Positions 38,200-42,490 of a stretch of 42,490 nt of DNA are shown here, one piece after another. A program made the translations under genes and the position numbers. A model generated the notes under the pieces. The model saw only the letters and a program-made list of their open reading frames with translations, did not search any database and was not told where the DNA came from. The stretch's first letter is position 1; every line of letters begins with the position of its first letter. The DNA is from a virus (lineage: Duplodnaviria > Caudoviricetes). The stretch lies in the IMG/VR virus record IMGVR_UViG_3300030397_001003, positions 1-42,490 of that record. One strand, given 5' to 3'.

Positions 38200-39207
38200 T
38201 TATTCAACGTTTTCAATTCCCTTGTCAGTAATTATAAAATCGGCTTCAGATTCAGGATGTTCAGGTGATTTGACCATCAACGCCCGGTGTTTCTTCCCTG
38301 ATCCTACCTCTCTTACCTTGATTCTATATGTGAGTGGATGACCTACTGAGTTTCCACCTGCAGCTATAATTGGGTCTGCACCATATAGTTCGGTTGGTGA
38401 TTTATGTACAGTATTTACAACAACTATGGGAAATTTGTAGACATGTGAGAGTTTCATAAGGTTGAGCATCATGGGTTTTATCATGTTGAATTTGGCCTTC
38501 ATCTCCCCACGCTCCATGTACTCGGATTGGAACAGTGAAATGATAGAGTCGATTACAAACAAACCTACTTCTGGGCCATCATCATTATCTAGTTTTTGTG
38601 ATGCCTCTGTAACGTAGTTAAGCTCCTCATCACTGTTTGTCGGCTGCCAGACCTTTATCCTGTCAAGATATGATTGTGCATCCTTTAACTCAGTTATTAT
38701 TTGCCGTGCAAGCAGTATCTCAACAAATCTTCTTGTCTTTATTTTGTTTTCCGTGTCAATATACAGTATTATGCATTCGGGGTTCTTTACAAGTGCTGAG
38801 ACAACCAATGAAATACATGTCTGTGTTTTTCCACTCTTATTCTCCCCATAAATCTCGGTGACATATCCTGATTTTATTCCACCACCAAGAATTTGGTCAA
38901 AGCTTTCACATCCGGTCGAAAGGTTTCCCTCATTTTCCTGTTCTAGATATAACTCCCATGCTGTTTGATGACGTTTTGGTATCTTTTTTTGTTGTTCCAA
39001 TACATCACCTATGAATAACATAGCCTCCGTAGCGTTTGTCAGATCCATTCCTGTAATTGATGATAGGGTTGTGGCAGAGAGTTGTGTATAGATTCCTCGC
39101 ATTGTGAATATTCCTATTGCACCAAGTCTCTTTTCGGATACTGGTCCTAGATGGGGAACTTGTTTGAGAGATTTTATGTTTACTTTCTCTTTCTCTTTAG
39201 TCATCAT
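38200..39207 (-). CDS. radA: RadA/Rad51-like recombinase
   Basis: N-terminal HhH-like region, LSTGC..FD.ILGGG, Walker A GENKSGKT, YIDTE, Walker B FVIDS, AAGGNSVGH. Confidence 0.92.
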   Translation of the reverse strand: MMTKEKEKVNIKSLKQVPHLGPVSEKRLGAIGIFTMRGIYTQLSATTLSSITGMDLTNATEAMLFIGDVLEQQKKIPKRHQTAWELYLEQENEGNLSTGCESFDQILGGGIKSGYVTEIYGENKSGKTQTCISLVVSALVKNPECIILYIDTENKIKTRRFVEILLARQIITELKDAQSYLDRIKVWQPTNSDEELNYVTEASQKLDNDDGPEVGLFVIDSIISLFQSEYMERGEMKAKFNMIKPMMLNLMKLSHVYKFPIVVVNTVHKSPTELYGADPIIAAGGNSVGHPLTYRIKVREVGSGKKHRALMVKSPEHPESEADFIITDKGIENVE

Positions 39208-39440
39208 GACCACCCCTTTGGCATTGTGCCATGATTTGATGGGTTTACCATAGCATCATCCTTCAATGAACTGAAAATGGTTCTTGGTGCAGGTGTTAGA
39301 GTGTTTAATTGATCTATGATTTCATTGAGTTTGATAACTATTTCTGTTTGGAATCCTGCGAGATAACTATCATTAACAACATAGCCATACTTGTCTTGTC
39401 TAATGGGTATCTTCTCTATCATTTCTTCTGGTCCCTCCAA
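39204..39440 (-). CDS. Hypothetical protein
   Basis: 78-aa ORF coupled to radA by an ATGA overlap. Confidence 0.6.
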   Translation of the reverse strand: MEGPEEMIEKIPIRQDKYGYVVNDSYLAGFQTEIVIKLNEIIDQLNTLTPAPRTIFSSLKDDAMVNPSNHGTMPKGWS

Positions 39441-39667
39441 GATTCGTCATTGAGGATTTTGATAGTTTCGTCGTTTAGTTTCCCTAGTTTTTCATTGAAT
39501 TCCAATGCATTTTCAAGAAGTAGTTGTTTTTGTAATGGATTATTTCTTTGTAGGATGACCATTGTGTCATTTACGATGTTTCGTATTGATATCTCACATT
39601 CTCTATACACATCAGGTTTGATGACTCGTTTATTCTGGGTTTTTGCCATTTTACAACAACCCCACAC
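39419..39667 (-). CDS. Hypothetical helical protein
   Basis: ORF in the operon. Confidence 0.55.
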   Translation of the reverse strand: MWGCCKMAKTQNKRVIKPDVYRECEISIRNIVNDTMVILQRNNPLQKQLLLENALEFNEKLGKLNDETIKILNDESWRDQKK

Positions 39668-40326
39668 TACAGATGTTTTTGTTCATACAATCGGCCTTGC
39701 CTCTTTAGGTTGGCTTTCATGTATTCATTTATCACACCATTGCAGTTTGTGCATTTGGTATTGAATTTGTTTGGAACACATATTTCATCACATTGGCAAT
39801 ACCTTGGTTGTGTATCACCATCACCATCATCAAATCCGTCATGAACCTCTTGGATATCTTCTGGCCCTACAGCCTTGAGTAATTCTATGATTCTTTGTTC
39901 TGGGATCTGTTTTCTCCAAGCATTTCTTTCTGCTTTGGAATGAGCTTTTGTTCTCCCAAATGGGTCATATTTTCCATTCTCAAGATATGGACATTCTGAT
40001 AAACCCTCTGAAGGATAATTGCTTTGTTGATTTCTTACCTTAACTTTTGCTCTCCAATACCACATGTCTGGGCTTGACCCATCCTTGTCAAGAGTGACAG
40101 TTGATTCTTCTATTTCAATTGGCTGTTCATGCTGACTCATCTCCAAAATTATGTGTTTGAGACCAACAAATGTTAATTCTGCATGGTTTTTCGTTTTGTA
40201 AACCATTTTTTGTTTTACTGCCTTATCGGCGTTTACTATCTGCTGTTCATCCAGTTTGTCAAAAATGCTGTATGAGTTCGAGGCAGATTTCACTAAATCA
40301 GTTTTCGATTGACTCTCCATACTCAT
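39667..40326 (-). CDS. Putative Rad52-like single-strand annealing protein
   Basis: AKVKV...GLSE...TKAHSKAERNAWRK motif and C-terminal Zn ribbon; upstream of radA. Confidence 0.5.
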   Translation of the reverse strand: MSMESQSKTDLVKSASNSYSIFDKLDEQQIVNADKAVKQKMVYKTKNHAELTFVGLKHIILEMSQHEQPIEIEESTVTLDKDGSSPDMWYWRAKVKVRNQQSNYPSEGLSECPYLENGKYDPFGRTKAHSKAERNAWRKQIPEQRIIELLKAVGPEDIQEVHDGFDDGDGDTQPRYCQCDEICVPNKFNTKCTNCNGVINEYMKANLKRQGRLYEQKHL

Positions 40327-40368
40327 GTATTAAAAACAGATAGTAATTAAATATTACTTATCTTGGGA

Positions 40369-40689
40369 TTAACTCCTATTAATCTGACACTTTGCTACTG
40401 CCTTCACATTCATAGTTCCTTGATATTGTTTTTTCAATTTGTAATTGTAGTTCAGTTTATCCCAATTATCAAATCTAAAAATAGTAGTTTCGTAGTTTGG
40501 GCAATTATTATCTTTAAGGCAATCATAAACACTATGACTATCCATATCACATGAAATCATATCTGTAAAATAACATGATTTGCATACTGAACTAGAATGA
40601 AATCCATCACATTTTCCACAATCGCAATCGTATAGAGTTATTCCTTTGAGCCCTATTGTATTGCCACAAGAGAAACATTTTCTAGTCAA
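40369..40689 (-). CDS. Cys-rich hypothetical protein
   Basis: Multiple CxxC motifs. Confidence 0.6.
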   Translation of the reverse strand: MTRKCFSCGNTIGLKGITLYDCDCGKCDGFHSSSVCKSCYFTDMISCDMDSHSVYDCLKDNNCPNYETTIFRFDNWDKLNYNYKLKKQYQGTMNVKAVAKCQINRS

Positions 40690-40698
40690 AATGACTCA

Positions 40699-40929
40699 TT
40701 AATCTCCTTTAATCTCACAATCTCTTGGCATCTCCTTTCGTGTTTGAGGAAGTTCTTCATCATCCTCTATCTTGGATGAGTCCCATCTAGGATCAAAAGT
40801 AATAGTTTTACAATCATCGCTGTGGTAATTCCAGATTTTTAAGATTCTCACACCATCTTTTTCACGTTTCATTGTGATTGCAGATAACATGTTCTTATCC
40901 ATCCAGTTGATCAAGTCTAGTTCATTCAT
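40699..40929 (-). CDS. Hypothetical protein
   Basis: 76-aa ORF. Confidence 0.55.
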   Translation of the reverse strand: MNELDLINWMDKNMLSAITMKREKDGVRILKIWNYHSDDCKTITFDPRWDSSKIEDDEELPQTRKEMPRDCEIKGD

Positions 40930-41161
40930 GACTACAGGTTTCTCCTTTTGTCAAGTATCTTTTCTGGTTCCTGGGAATGTCTACAAACAACCAATCAAAT
41001 GTAGAATAAACAGAAGGATCATCAATCGTTTCCAAGTTTGACCCCCATACTACGTTTACCGCATTTACTGCACTGGCCTTTTTCCTTATGGCCTATGAAG
41101 TAATGACTGCATTCACAAGAAAACAGATAGTATGGCATCTGTGATGTTGTAACACTAGTCA

Positions 41162-41395
41162 TTAATAATCCATGTTCCTTGTTATTTGGTAGCATTCTCG
41201 GATAATTTTCCTTACTTCTTTCTCTTCAATTATTTCGTCTTTGATTAATCTGCCTTGTAGGTTGTTTTTGTAGTGATACTTTAGATCCTCGTCAACATCA
41301 ATGAATGAGTGGCCTTGTGCGTCCCCTTCTATATGGAATGGGAATGTTATTGTAAGAGGGAAGTTGAAAGTTATTTGGGTCTCTATTTTTGACAT
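41162..41395 (-). CDS. Hypothetical protein
   Basis: 77-aa ORF. Confidence 0.5.
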   Translation of the reverse strand: MSKIETQITFNFPLTITFPFHIEGDAQGHSFIDVDEDLKYHYKNNLQGRLIKDEIIEEKEVRKIIRECYQITRNMDY

Positions 41396-41558
41396 TAGTT
41401 CTGAATCTCCAATTCTTCTCTATAAGGGCAATTTGTACAAGACTCATATATTTTGGAGTCATTTCTATAGAATTTAAGAAATCCACCGCATATATGATGG
41501 TGTATTGTTTGTTGTCCTGCTTCATTATCAAATAATTTTTGAAATGCAGATTTCACCA

Positions 41559-41750
41559 TTAGTTTTCAACCTCGTATGATGAATCATAAGGTATTGCATG
41601 GCCTGCTTTGCAGTTGTTACATCTTATGAATGAACCAACAGTATTGTTGAAGCGAAATACAGTGTTTACCCTTTTCACATCTGTGCTGTAACAGAAGTAA
41701 CATTTGTCGACGATTTGGCCGTCACCCATTCGAGTTTCTATTGTATTCAT
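41559..41750 (-). CDS. Zinc-ribbon protein
   Basis: CYFC...CNNC; first gene below the palindrome array. Confidence 0.65.
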   Translation of the reverse strand: MNTIETRMGDGQIVDKCYFCYSTDVKRVNTVFRFNNTVGSFIRCNNCKAGHAIPYDSSYEVEN

Positions 41751-41835
41751 GTTATATTATAACACTCCTTAGTATATAATAGTTGTTATAATATAACAGT
41801 AAATCTATCCAGTTTTGGTATGTTATAACATAACA
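41750..41835. promoter_or_regulatory. Three palindromic operator-like sites TGTTATA-N-TATAACA around a TATA box
   Basis: 41750-41764 and 41784-41798 are perfect, 41821-41835 has one mismatch; TATATA at 41773-41778. Confidence 0.75.
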
Positions 41836-42127
41836 CTTGTTTAGTTTCATGTGTTAGTTTCTCCTCTGAGTTTGTATCTTCCCTTTTCTTTGTCCCAATA
41901 GATCCATTGTGGTAAATCATATATGACTTTGCCCCTCAAATGTTACATTAACGTCCATTAATCGGTCGTCTCCTTTAAGAGATAGTCAACAGCTTCATCA
42001 ACGTTGGAAAATTCTATTTCAATAGCATCATCAGGTGTAAATTCATGAGGACATACATGACCCTCATCTAATAGACAAGTAGATTCTCCATCTGGTCCTT
42101 CTTCCCAACAATGCGTTAGATTAACTG

Positions 42128-42457
42128 TCATAAAGTGGTCAATTCCTGATATTTTTGATTCATCTTCTTTGTGAGCATGTTATGTTGTTTGACTAATTCC
42201 TCATAATCATCCTTGTTCATGAGTCCAAAGAATTTATTCCATTTTTTGGGGTTAGTCTCATAGAGATTGGGAATAGCCATAACCTCTTTTTTATCAAACT
42301 GAACAATTGTAGTTTGAGGGTTGTTGGAATCAGCATGCTTTTTGTTGTATTCCTCAATTAGTTTAACTAATGTTTCCCCTACACCTTCACCTTCACGGGC
42401 ACATGTGATTTTGAAAGTTTTGTAGGTAGTTTCATTAACTGCGAATGTACGTAACAT
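42128..42457 (-). CDS. Ribbon-helix-helix DNA-binding protein
   Basis: RTFAVNETTYKTFKITCAREGEGVGETLVKLIEEY RHH signature. Confidence 0.7.
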   Translation of the reverse strand: MLRTFAVNETTYKTFKITCAREGEGVGETLVKLIEEYNKKHADSNNPQTTIVQFDKKEVMAIPNLYETNPKKWNKFFGLMNKDDYEELVKQHNMLTKKMNQKYQELTTL

Positions 42458-42490
42458 AATGTAATAATAATAATAATAAGTATTTATTTA

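Larger units (their letters stand above)
1..42490. mobile_element. Head-tailed archaeal virus genome, probable Nitrososphaerota (thaumarchaeal) host
   Basis: Terminase-portal-protease-scaffold-capsid-tail gene order plus archaeal-type MCM, RadA, a stand-alone AsnC domain and TATA-box promoters ~25 nt upstream of start codons; no host housekeeping genes. Confidence 0.9.

Overview
Apparently complete (~42.5 kb, probably circularly permuted) genome of a head-tailed archaeal virus (Caudoviricetes), most likely infecting ammonia-oxidising Nitrososphaerota/Thaumarchaeota (Marthavirus-like gene set). Almost all genes are on the minus strand. The early/replication block (~27.5-42.5 kb) encodes an RHH regulator, a putative single-strand annealing protein, RadA, a PD-(D/E)xK nuclease, MCM helicase, HNH nucleases, a methyltransferase-like protein, a stand-alone Lrp/AsnC ligand-binding domain and many small Cys-rich ORFs. 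A secreted/membrane-protein operon lies at ~25-27.4 kb. The late block (~0.5-24.8 kb) has terminase, portal, prohead protease, scaffold, cement protein, HK97-type capsid, adaptor, an apparently very short tail and fibres. No integrase, DNA polymerase, tRNA or CRISPR array was seen. The most notable items are: (i) a prohead protease carrying an internal KTSC nucleic-acid-binding domain bracketed by putative self-cleavage sites; (ii) a ~95-nt multi-helix candidate ncRNA with its own putative promoter immediately after the capsid gene; (iii) a 1018-aa late protein fusing structural beta-repeats to a PhoD-like metallophosphatase; (iv) an exact 13-bp late-promoter motif found five times; (v) a triple palindromic operator array; (vi) an unannotated CTG-start, degenerate HNH-like gene. 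All protein family calls come from motif recognition by eye, not from database searches.
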